From NCBI GenBank assembly GCA_033344815.1, contig JAWPMR010000001.1:46136-110135 (forward strand): DNA of 64,000 nt, read 5' to 3'. Each line of letters opens with the position of its first letter. Position 1 is the first letter of the stretch. Shown here piece by piece: positions 40,346-49,369 of the stretch. A program made the translations under genes and the position numbers. A model generated the notes under the pieces. The model worked only from the letters and a program-made list of their open reading frames with translations, searched no databases and had not been told where the DNA came from. This DNA is from Paracoccaceae bacterium. Lineage in GTDB: Bacteria > Pseudomonadota > Alphaproteobacteria > Rhodobacterales > Rhodobacteraceae.

Positions 40346-41384
40346 CAAATACTGCGGTCGCAATCCCTCTGCTGACCCGCTACACCTTCGATCATTCGCG
40401 CCATGACATCTCATCTACACATGCAGCAATCATCACGCCTTCAGAGCGCGGCGGCAGTTTTTTCAAAAGCCTCGAACGGAGCACGCAGGGAGATGTTCGC
40501 TGCTCTGTTCGGCATTAATCTGTAAGCAGATGGGGGCGCCTATATCTGCCTTGTTGTCCTGCACCCAAGGATGCAATTTCCTGCGACCCACTCGGTCACA
40601 CAACAGGCTGTGATGTTGCCGGATGACGCGCGGGATCTTTTTGGCACTGCGCCAAACACATCAATGATCCAGTCGTCGGGTGTAACGTTGGTGTCGCGTT
40701 GTTCACCCGTTTTGCTGAGGACATGCGGGTGGGCAAAGGTCCGGATCTGACTGACTTCACGCGGCTCATCTGTTGAACCGGGACGCAGAGCAGCCTGGAT
40801 GCAACCCGCGTGGCGCAGTTCAATTCACGGACAAGGGCCTGGTGTTTGACACATATGACGAGCCTGCTTGAGGGTTGAGGAAGTTCAAAACCAGATCGCC
40901 CGCCTGACCGCAGATACGCAAGGCAAATCGGTCTTCTGCAGGTTCTCGCGCCCATCTGCCAATATCACGGATTTGCACCAGTGGAATTTGGGGACCGCAA
41001 ATAGCTGGGGTGGGTCGTCGCTTGAGGTTGGCACCGCTGACATGCAAGTAAACTCGGTTTCTTTCCCGGTGGATCAGTGCATGTCGACCACCTTCGACGA
41101 TGGACAGGGGGCGCGAGGCGTTTTTGCGACCGAGTTTTTTAAAGCAAGTTGCGGCGCGCCAGCCCGATACGGGTCCGGTGTCATGAGCTGGCCGTTCCGG
41201 AGTCTGATTGAACCTGCGCGCTGCTTTTTTCGGTGATGTCTTCGCCGTTCTCACGATTGCTTGCCGAATTGGCCCTGTGACGCGTGCGTTGATGGTGATG
41301 CGATGGTCCGTGTCGATCCGGGCGATTTTACAAGAGTTGATGACCGCGCTTGCCGTTCCCGAACCCAAGGCGGGACAAGGTTCA

Positions 41385-41423
41385 TCCATTGAGCGCCGCT
41401 GTCCATTGAGCGCCGCTGTCCAT
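41385..41423 (+). repeat. 17-bp tandem repeat, 2.3 copies
   Basis: TCCATTGAGCGCCGCTG at 41385-41401 and 41402-41418, plus TCCAT. Confidence 0.9.
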
Positions 41424-42150
41424 GGCCGCGCGGGATCGGCGGAGGATGTGAATTTGGGTGGGGCGATTATGGTGATCCAAAAGGCGGTGTAGTCTCACAA
41501 TTTGACTTACTTACGGTGGAAAGAGGGCCGTGGGCGGTATCAATTCGCGTCAGAGCCCCTTCCGCGAAGCTACCGAATATTGTCTCTTGGCATCTGATTT
41601 GATCCGGCTGGAGCCAGTTCCATGCGCTGGCAATATCTGCGTGAACACCAAGCGACTGCCGGCTCAAATAGAAGGCGCGGAAGCTCGCTGTCGTTGAAAT
41701 GCCTAAGTGTTTCCCGGATGTGGGGGGCAGGAGAATCCGCTCATGGGGTCTGTTCTTCGCGATGATCGAATGCTGCGGGAGGCAGCTCTTCGCGCGACCG
41801 GCGTTATAATTTGATACCCAAAAAAATAGCCGACATCTGCGTATTGATCGGCAGTTTTGGCACAGCGGTGGGCGACCCATGTGGCCGTGGAAAGTGATCA
41901 AATGCGTACGGAACATTCAGATCGAGGCAGCGCTGATTTAGCCGCAAAAGATGACCTTGAGAGAAGAGGGTCCGCCAACAAGTACCGACGAAACACGGCC
42001 GCTTGCGCGTCCTGCTTTGGTGCTATCCTCGCCATTACCTATGCGACGCGCCGGAAGTGACCGGACGATCGGCTCGTCGATCAAGCGCGCGTGTTCAACG
42101 AAACCGGCTCAGAGGAGGCGGTCCGAAGCCGGACCAGCGGGCGCAGGCCG

Positions 42151-42888
42151 TCACCGTGCATTTTTGTCCGCGCGTGCGGCAAAGACGCTTTGCGCCAGTG
42201 CCTGGGTTTCAGCCTCCAGCGCCGTCAAAGCATCGCTGGTTTCTGCGCCGTTTTGTGCCTCCAGCGCATCGGCGATATCCTTGTGCAACCCGATGATCCG
42301 CGCACGATCACGCGCGGTAAAGGTGATCATGTTCATCAGGGGCTGCATTGCTTCGACCGCGCCGGCGAGCTGATAACTGAGCACCAGATTACCGGTGCCA
42401 TCTACAAGCGCGCGGTGGAAGGCGACGTCCGACGCACAGAAGGCCTCATCTGTCAGTCCGGGCTGGTTTTGCCGGTGAATTTCGGCACGCATTGTGGCCA
42501 GATGGTCCGCCGTGCGACGCTCCGCTGACAGTGGCGCACAGGCCCTTTCGAGCGCGTAACGCGCTTCGCAGGCGGTGCCAAAACTGACCGCGTTCATGCT
42601 GAGTAACAACGTGGAGGTTGTGATCTGCTGGGGGTAGGCGGCCTCGTAACTCAGCCTGTTGACAAAGGCGCCGCCCGTCGCGCCGCGTTGCGTGCGGATC
42701 AGCGATTGTGCGGCCAGCCGTTTCAAAGCCTCGCGCACGGTGGGACGGGACACTTCAAACTGCTCTGCCAGTTCCGCCTCGGACGGCAGGCGTTCGTCCA
42801 CAATCAATGTGCCGGCAACAATCGCATCGCGAATGGCACCTGCAATCTGCGCGGAAAGGTCGGCGGGGCTGTCAGGGTCAATTTTCAT
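42151..42888 (-). CDS. dmdR: GntR/FadR-family regulator divergent from the dmdA operon (DmdR-like)
   Basis: ERLPSEAELAEQFEVSRPTVREALKRL wHTH; FCD domain SDVAFHRAL. True start is ATG at 42888. Confidence 0.85.
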   Translation of the reverse strand: MKIDPDSPADLSAQIAGAIRDAIVAGTLIVDERLPSEAELAEQFEVSRPTVREALKRLAAQSLIRTQRGATGGAFVNRLSYEAAYPQQITTSTLLLSMNAVSFGTACEARYALERACAPLSAERRTADHLATMRAEIHRQNQPGLTDEAFCASDVAFHRALVDGTGNLVLSYQLAGAVEAMQPLMNMITFTARDRARIIGLHKDIADALEAQNGAETSDALTALEAETQALAQSVFAARADKNAR

Positions 42889-42934
42889 ATGTCTTACATT
42901 TAATGTTTGATCGTTTTCTAATTGTCTGGCATTT
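42887..42934. promoter_or_regulatory. Two near-palindromic operator-like boxes, consensus AwwTGTCTkrCATTT
   Basis: ATATGTCTTACATTT (42887-42901) and AATTGTCTGGCATTT (42920-42934). Confidence 0.65.
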
Positions 42935-42960
42935 GATTGGCAAGAAAAAGGACTCATCTC

Positions 42961-43749
42961 TTGCACGTCACCCTGCGATCCACTCTCTGGCTGGGCTTTT
43001 TCGCGGCAATATTGGCCGCGTGGTGGGTGATGTTTGCCATGAGCATGGACATGGATCTCGATGTGCTGGGCCGCCCCGGTGAGATGGGCGCGCGCATGGC
43101 GGCGATGGATCCACGCATGCCAATGTATATGCCAATGGCCAATTTCGGACCGCTCTTTTGGATGTGGGCGATCATGATGGCGGCAATGATGTTTCCGACG
43201 CTGGTGCCGACCCTGCGCGCCTATGAGGATCTCATGCACAGCGCCAATGGGTCACGCGCGGGCTGGGTTGGCGTCTTGCTGGGATATTTCCTTGTCTGGG
43301 TGGGTTTCGCGGCCCTGATCACGGGAGTGCAACTGGCGCTGCTGTTTGGCGGCGTGGTGGACATGCTGGGCATTGCGAAATCGCCGTGGTTTTCAGGCGG
43401 GTTACTGCTGATCGTCGGGTTGTTCCAATTCACCCGCGCCAAGGAAATCTGCCACGGGGTCTGTCACGCACCGGCAATGTATTTTCTGGGCCACTGGCGC
43501 ACCGGTTTTGGCGGCGGGCTACGCATGGGTCTGGGCCTCGGCGCATTTTGTGTGGGCTGCTGCTGGGGCTTTATGTCTCTGGGCTTTGTCGGCGGAGTGA
43601 TGAGCCTCGCGTGGATGGGGCTGGCAACGCTGTTTATGGTGCTCGAAAAACTACCACAAATCGGGCATTACGTTACAAAACCAATGGGGTTTGCCCTGTG
43701 TATCGCGGGCGTCGCGGTCATGGGCTGGCCCTTGTTTATGGGAGGATAA
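42961..43749 (+). CDS. DUF2182-family Met/Cys-rich membrane protein
   Basis: MSMDMD, MPMYMPM, IMMAAMMFP, CHGVCHAP, FCVGCCWG, VLEK; TTG start after AAGGA. Confidence 0.88.
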   Translation: MHVTLRSTLWLGFFAAILAAWWVMFAMSMDMDLDVLGRPGEMGARMAAMDPRMPMYMPMANFGPLFWMWAIMMAAMMFPTLVPTLRAYEDLMHSANGSRAGWVGVLLGYFLVWVGFAALITGVQLALLFGGVVDMLGIAKSPWFSGGLLLIVGLFQFTRAKEICHGVCHAPAMYFLGHWRTGFGGGLRMGLGLGAFCVGCCWGFMSLGFVGGVMSLAWMGLATLFMVLEKLPQIGHYVTKPMGFALCIAGVAVMGWPLFMGG

Positions 43750-43752
43750 ACC

Positions 43753-44460
43753 ATGGCAACGAACAGACGCGAAGATGCGGACAAGCTGCCGATCAGCCAA
43801 CGGATTGATCAGCGCATGCCCAATCCGAAACGCCGCCAGTCCACGCCGACAGAATGGGCCATCAAGGGCGAGTTGTTTCTCAATTGTTCCTGCACGGTGT
43901 TTTGCCCCTGCGTGGTCAGCCTTGGCGCGCACCCCCCCACAGAGGGCCATTGCCATGCGTGGATGGCGATTGCCATTGATGAGGGCCACTATGAAGGTGA
44001 AGACCTGGCGGGGCTGAACATCGGTCTGCTGGTGGATATTCCCGGCCGTATGGGCGAGGGCAACTGGAAAGTCGCGGCTTATGTGGACGAACGCGCAACC
44101 GGCAAAGCCTACAACGGGATTTTGCAAATCTTCAGCGGTGCTGCGGGCGGGACGACGGGTTTGTTCACCATGCTGGTGAGCGAAATCATCGGGGCCGAGC
44201 GCGCGCCGGTTGAGATCGTGCGCGAGGGCAACCGGCGCTCCATCATGATCGGACGCAAAATACAGGGTGAGATCGAAATGGTTGCGGGCAAGGACCCTGC
44301 ACACCCCGTCATGGTCAGCAATTCCAAATACTGGATGGGCCCGGATATCATCGCGGCGACGGGCCTCAAAAGCCGAGTGCGCGATTACGGTCGTATCTGG
44401 GATTTCGGCGGCAAGTCGGCAGAGATCTGCCCGATTGATTGGAAAGGCCCCAAACCGTGA
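43753..44460 (+). CDS. DUF1326-family protein
   Basis: LNCSCTVFCPC...HPPTEGHCHAW, IDEGHY, AYVDERA. Confidence 0.88.
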   Translation: MATNRREDADKLPISQRIDQRMPNPKRRQSTPTEWAIKGELFLNCSCTVFCPCVVSLGAHPPTEGHCHAWMAIAIDEGHYEGEDLAGLNIGLLVDIPGRMGEGNWKVAAYVDERATGKAYNGILQIFSGAAGGTTGLFTMLVSEIIGAERAPVEIVREGNRRSIMIGRKIQGEIEMVAGKDPAHPVMVSNSKYWMGPDIIAATGLKSRVRDYGRIWDFGGKSAEICPIDWKGPKP

Positions 44461-44966
44461 TTGATCCGGGTTATGTTCGGACAATGGCGCGCTATAATAC
44501 GTGGCAAAACAATCAGTTGATGCCTGTTCTTGAAGCGATGCCGCATGACGAACTGATCAAGGATCGCGGCGCGTTTTTCAACAGTATTCTGGGAACTGCG
44601 AACCATTTGCTATGGGGCGATACGATATGGATGAGCCGGTTTGACCCATCTGTGCCGGCGCCCACCATTGCTGGCAAGGACGCGCCGGATTTGCATCCGA
44701 CAATCACATCGTGGTCGGCGGACCGCTTTCGGGTTGATGGCAAAATAAGGTTTTGGGCGGACTCTCTGCGTGCGCTTGACCTCAAAGGTGATCTCACTTG
44801 GTATTCCGGGACACTGGAAAAAGAAATCACGTCTCCTTTTGCCATGAACGTCGTTCATTTTTTCAACCATCAGACACATCACCGCGGTCAGATCCATGCC
44901 ATGTTGACGGCGGCAGATCAAAAAGCACCGGTGAGTGATCTGGCTTTCATGCCAAAGGATGCCTGA
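44457..44966 (+). CDS. DinB/YfiT-family protein
   Basis: MARYNTWQN, FFNSILGTANH, HFFNHQTHHRGQ (His triad). Confidence 0.92.
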   Translation: MIDPGYVRTMARYNTWQNNQLMPVLEAMPHDELIKDRGAFFNSILGTANHLLWGDTIWMSRFDPSVPAPTIAGKDAPDLHPTITSWSADRFRVDGKIRFWADSLRALDLKGDLTWYSGTLEKEITSPFAMNVVHFFNHQTHHRGQIHAMLTAADQKAPVSDLAFMPKDA

Positions 44967-44967
44967 A

Positions 44968-46071
44968 ATGGCGCTAATTTCTCCCTCACGCAGGCTGCGC
45001 AGGACCCATTTTTCCGCTGGTGTCGAAGCGGCGGGCGTCAAGGCCTACACGGTGTATAATCACATGCTTTTGGCAACGGTGTTCGAAAGCGTTGAGGCGG
45101 ACTACCATCACCTGAAAAACCATGTGCAGATCTGGGACGTGTCCGTGGAGCGTCAGGTCGAATTGCGCGGACCCGATGCCGCGCGTCTGATGCAGATGCT
45201 GACCCCGCGTGATCTGCGCAGCATGTTGCCGGGGCGGTGTTTTTACGTGCCCATCGTGGATGAAACCGGCGGCATGCTGAACGATCCAGTGGCGGTGAAA
45301 CTGGCCGAGGACCGGTGGTGGATATCCATCGCAGACAGTGATTTACTGTTTTGGGTCAAGGGGATCGCCAACGGCTACCGCCTCGATGTGCTGGTGGACG
45401 AGCCCGATGTATCACCCCTGGCGGTGCAGGGTCCCAAGGCCGAAGAGTTGATGGCGCGTGTCTTTGGCGAATCGATCCGGGATGTCCGCTTCTTTCGCTT
45501 TGGTCTGTTCCAGTTTGAGGGTCGTGATCTGGTAATTGCGCGCTCGGGATATTCCAAACAGGGCGGTTTTGAAATCTACGTACAGGGTGGTGATCTGGCG
45601 ATGCCGCTGTGGCATGCCTTGTTCGCCGCCGGCGAGGATCTCAATGTCCGTGCCGGGTGCCCCAATGCGATCGAACGGATTGAGGGCGGTCTGCTGTCCT
45701 ATGGCAATGACATGACAGATGACAACACGCCGCATGAATGTGGGTTGGGTCGTTTCTGTGACACGCAGACCGCGATTGGGTGTATCGGTCGGGACGCTCT
45801 TTTGCGCGTGGCCAAGGAGGGTCCGGTGCAACAGGTGCAGGCCATCGCCATTGACGGTGACGCGGTGCCGCCCTGTGATCGGGTCTGGCCGCTGTTTGCT
45901 GGAACGCGCCGTGTCGGGCAGATCACATCGGCGATCTGGAGCCCGGATTTCAGCACAAACGTCGCAATCGGCATGGTTCGGATGACCCATTGGGACAGTG
46001 GCACCAAACTCGAAGTTGAAACGCCTGATGGCATGCGCACGGCCACCGTGCAGCCCGGATTTTGGGCATGA
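44968..46071 (+). CDS. dmdA: DMSP demethylase
   Basis: SRRLRRTHFSAGVEAAGVKAYTVYNHM, WDVSVERQV, GGMLNDPVAVKL, RSGYSKQGGFEIY, IERIEGGLLSYGNDM; adjacent to acuI. Confidence 0.95.
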   Translation: MALISPSRRLRRTHFSAGVEAAGVKAYTVYNHMLLATVFESVEADYHHLKNHVQIWDVSVERQVELRGPDAARLMQMLTPRDLRSMLPGRCFYVPIVDETGGMLNDPVAVKLAEDRWWISIADSDLLFWVKGIANGYRLDVLVDEPDVSPLAVQGPKAEELMARVFGESIRDVRFFRFGLFQFEGRDLVIARSGYSKQGGFEIYVQGGDLAMPLWHALFAAGEDLNVRAGCPNAIERIEGGLLSYGNDMTDDNTPHECGLGRFCDTQTAIGCIGRDALLRVAKEGPVQQVQAIAIDGDAVPPCDRVWPLFAGTRRVGQITSAIWSPDFSTNVAIGMVRMTHWDSGTKLEVETPDGMRTATVQPGFWA

Positions 46072-46128
46072 TACCGGCTGTTAGGCCTGTCGAAAACAAA
46101 TGGGAAGAATCCCGGAATGGAGACTGAA

Positions 46129-47121
46129 ATGTTCAAGGCACTTGTGGTGAACAAGGATGAAGACAGCGGCAAAACGTCAGCCGCTCTGGAAGATCTGTCT
46201 TTGGATCAATTGCCGGAGGGTGATGTCACGGTGGCCGTGGAGTATTCCACCGTGAATTACAAAGACGGGCTGTGCGTTGGGCCGGGCGGTGGATTGGTGC
46301 GCAAATACCCGCATGTGCCCGGCATTGATTTTGCAGGCACTGTCGAGGCATCTGATGATGCGCGCTACAAGCCGGGCGACAAGGTGGTGCTGACCGGCTG
46401 GCGTGTGGGCGAGGCGCATTGGGGCGGCTATGCACAAAAGGCGCGGGTCAAGGCGGATTGGCTGGTACCCTTGCCGGAAGGGTTGGATACGCGCGCGGCC
46501 ATGGCCGTGGGGACGGCAGGTTTCACGGCGATGCTGTCGGTCATGGCGCTTGAAGATCACGGTCTCAAGGCAGGCGATGGTCCGGTGCTGGTCACGGGCG
46601 CTGCTGGCGGTGTCGGGTCGGTGGCGGTGGCGCTGCTGGCCTCACTGGGGCACGAAGTCGCCGGTGTAACCGGGCGTCCGGAAACCGCCGATTACCTGAC
46701 GGGTTTGGGCGCGTCGCAGATTGTCGCGCGCGAAGAAATCAATGAAACGGTCAAACGTCCGCTGGAAGCGGAAACATGGGCCGGGTGTGTGGACGCCGTG
46801 GGCGGCGCAATGCTGGCACGCGTTCTGGGACAGATGAAGTATGGGGCGTCCGTCGCGGCGGTCGGTTTGGCGGGGGGGGCCGGGTTGCCTGCAACCGTGA
46901 TTCCATTCCTGCTGCGCGGGGTGAATCTGCTGGGCATCGATTCAGTGATGCAGCCCTATGACAATCGTGTTCGGGCGTGGAAACGCATCGCATCCGACCT
47001 GCCGATGGATAAGCTTGAGGCGATGGTCGTCCCCGCGACGCTGGGCGATCTGCCCCAGCTTGGCCAGGATATTCTCAAGGGCCAGGTCAAGGGTCGCGTT
47101 GTCGTCGACGTAAACGGATGA
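46129..47121 (+). CDS. acuI: Acryloyl-CoA reductase (YhdH/AcuI)
   Basis: VNYKDGL, VPGIDFAG, GTAGFTAML, TGAAGGVGS, LLGIDSV. Confidence 0.95.
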   Translation: MFKALVVNKDEDSGKTSAALEDLSLDQLPEGDVTVAVEYSTVNYKDGLCVGPGGGLVRKYPHVPGIDFAGTVEASDDARYKPGDKVVLTGWRVGEAHWGGYAQKARVKADWLVPLPEGLDTRAAMAVGTAGFTAMLSVMALEDHGLKAGDGPVLVTGAAGGVGSVAVALLASLGHEVAGVTGRPETADYLTGLGASQIVAREEINETVKRPLEAETWAGCVDAVGGAMLARVLGQMKYGASVAAVGLAGGAGLPATVIPFLLRGVNLLGIDSVMQPYDNRVRAWKRIASDLPMDKLEAMVVPATLGDLPQLGQDILKGQVKGRVVVDVNG

Positions 47122-47249
47122 CGTGACAGTCGCCGGACTGCGTAGATGTCCTAATTTGAGTTTTTGGATTGAACATGGGTGATTGTCGATTGCGGCGATG
47201 GCGTGCTGACATGGCAGGTCAGGACGCTTAGTTCCCTATGCTCGTTTTG

Positions 47250-47770
47250 AGATATCCCGGTAATTCCCGCGTTCGGGAATGACTTGAGCCACGCGCCGCG
47301 CAAGGCACTGTTCGCCACTCTGACGGATGGTGTTGCGCAACGTGTCCTGTGTAGCGGGCTTGCACCCAGATCGGCTGGATAGTTACTGGCGCGTCAATAC
47401 GTCGGGCATAGAAACGAAAGTAAAAATCTGTTCCGCTTTGTGCATCAGACTCTCGTCATCGGCTGTATGACATCCTCACAGCGCCTTGAGAGTGGTGATT
47501 GTTCAAAGAGGTGCTGTTCCCTCAAGCGATCCCAACGCGCAGTCACCTTCAGGATGCGCATGTTCTTTGGCAAGGCACCGGTACGTCGGGCGTAACGCCT
47601 GAGGCCATCATGGTTATGGACATGGAAATAGCCTGATCGTCGCGCGCGGCCTGCAATTGTGCAACGTCTAGATACACTGTCTGAGCATGTATCACATGTT
47701 TTCGACTGGCGTGATGCGCACAAGTTCGGAGACGCACAAAGGCTGTCGGCATTTGCCGCTGTGAGCAAAA
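47250..47770 (-). pseudogene. Possible decayed LuxR-family regulator
   Basis: ARWDRLREQHLFEQSPLSRRCEDVIQPM resembles the W..Y....LF..DP..R.C....P motif of autoinducer-binding domains. Downstream MHKAEQIF...VLTRQ* and HVAQHHPSEWRTV loosely resemble the HTH region. The middle appears deleted. Confidence 0.35.
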
Positions 47771-47782
47771 AAATCCGGTATC

Positions 47783-48721
47783 TCAGGCGCAGGGCTGCGC
47801 CATGGTATTGTGTTTGTCTTCAGGTCGCCGCGCTTCCAAAATCAGGTTGCGCAACCACATATTGCGGCCGGAATGCTCGTAGCGACGGTGCCAGACCAGT
47901 TCGTAAACGATTTTTGGGACTGGAATCGGCAGCGGAACATGCGCCAACCGCCTGTAACTGAAATCGGCGAGTCGCCGTGGCATGGTCGCAATCAAATCCG
48001 TGCCGTGTATGAGATCCCCCAGCATTGACGCCGTCGGCGCAGAGAGCGACACCTGCCGTTCCATACCACGGTCTGCCAGAAACTGCCCGATTTCACTCTT
48101 CATCCCGCCGCCAAAATTCACCACTCCGTGGCTGGCTTCCATATAGTCTTCCAACGTCAGGATCGGCGCACGACTGGTCGGATCATAAAACACCACAAGC
48201 TCTTCGGTGCCATAAACACAATGGTTCAGCGTGCTCGGAAACTGCAACCCGGCAACCGTGATCGCCAATTCCGCTTCGTCTTGGTTCAGCATCTCGGCGA
48301 GCCGACTTCTGGGCGCCAGGCGTCGTACATCCAGGGTCAGACGGGGTGCAAGTTGTGAAATTTGGGCGCGCAAACCTTTGATTTCATTCAGCAAGGCGGG
48401 TGTGGGTATCGCAATGACCAAAGGCTTTGTTTCCAGAGCCACATCGTAATTCTCGGTCGTCACCAGCCCCTCAATATCGGCAAGAATGTTTTGAACGCGC
48501 GGGAGCAGCGTCAAGGATTTCTCATTGGGGGAGATATTGCGCCCGGTTTTGACAAACAGCGGGTCTCCCAAAGCGGCACGCATTTTGTCGAGGGTGTGAC
48601 TGATCGTGGACTGATTGAGTTCAAAAAGCGCTGCTGTCCGGCTGACTGAGCCAGTTTGACAGACGGATACAAAGACCCGCAGTGTATGCCCGTCGATGCG
48701 CAATAGATCGAAATTTTGCAT
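47783..48721 (-). CDS. LysR-family regulator
   Basis: LRVFVSVCQTGSVSRTAALFELNQSTISHTLDKMRAALGDPLF; PBP2 C-terminal domain. Confidence 0.93.
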   Translation of the reverse strand: MQNFDLLRIDGHTLRVFVSVCQTGSVSRTAALFELNQSTISHTLDKMRAALGDPLFVKTGRNISPNEKSLTLLPRVQNILADIEGLVTTENYDVALETKPLVIAIPTPALLNEIKGLRAQISQLAPRLTLDVRRLAPRSRLAEMLNQDEAELAITVAGLQFPSTLNHCVYGTEELVVFYDPTSRAPILTLEDYMEASHGVVNFGGGMKSEIGQFLADRGMERQVSLSAPTASMLGDLIHGTDLIATMPRRLADFSYRRLAHVPLPIPVPKIVYELVWHRRYEHSGRNMWLRNLILEARRPEDKHNTMAQPCA

Positions 48722-48807
48722 AGGTTATTTGTGACCAATTGGTTGATCTGGGTAAAGCGCATTCTTTATTGTTTTTACTCACATAGTCGGCTTTTAGGAC
48801 GGAACTT

Positions 48808-49041
48808 TTGGATCAAGACGGAAATTCCAAGTATTTAGACGAGATATATGCTCTGAGCGCTATGCTGGAGTTTTCGGCGGACCGCGCGCGCCGTATTGGG
48901 GCAACATCGCTGGGGCTCGCCATTGATCAGGCACAGAAAGTTGCGATGCTCGAGATTAAAGGGTGTGCGGCCAAAAAGGCGAGCCGGGCATCGAAACACG
49001 CAGAGCGCAAGAAGAACGCGGCGCGATTTGATCCGGTCTAG
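48808..49041 (+). CDS. Small hypothetical protein
   Basis: 77-aa ORF divergent from lysR, TTG after AGGA; no recognised motif. Confidence 0.35.
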   Translation: MDQDGNSKYLDEIYALSAMLEFSADRARRIGATSLGLAIDQAQKVAMLEIKGCAAKKASRASKHAERKKNAARFDPV

Positions 49042-49369
49042 GCTGGCGGCGAGGCAATTGGAAAAGCGAACACTCGGTAAGAGTGCGTGAGGGTGACCAA
49101 ACACTTCTGTTTTTGCTTCTGACGTCTCCAGAAGGCAAAGACTGATGACGTCTTGAAATCATCACAGAAGATTTGAAAAGGGCCATTGCTTTCCGGGAAG
49201 ACTTCTTTCTGCTGGCACGGGTCACAGCCATATAGCGGACGTACCTGCACCAAAAACGCTGAAACACTGCAATGCGCAGTTGCGACGAAAAATGTCGCCA
49301 TCGCGCAAACTGGCCTCTCCGGTCTGGGTCAATATGCAGGGCAGGACACTCAAACAGGACCCCGTTTTC

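Noticed and set aside
41520-41580. SFAEGALTRIDTAHGP as the start of a Hint (intein-like) domain
   Set aside because: No Cys1, and no continuation (DL.PGD.V.TRD) in any frame.
42889-43239. 117-aa His-rich N-terminal extension of the GntR ORF
   Set aside because: It is the antisense shadow of DUF2182; the wHTH starts at ATG 42888.
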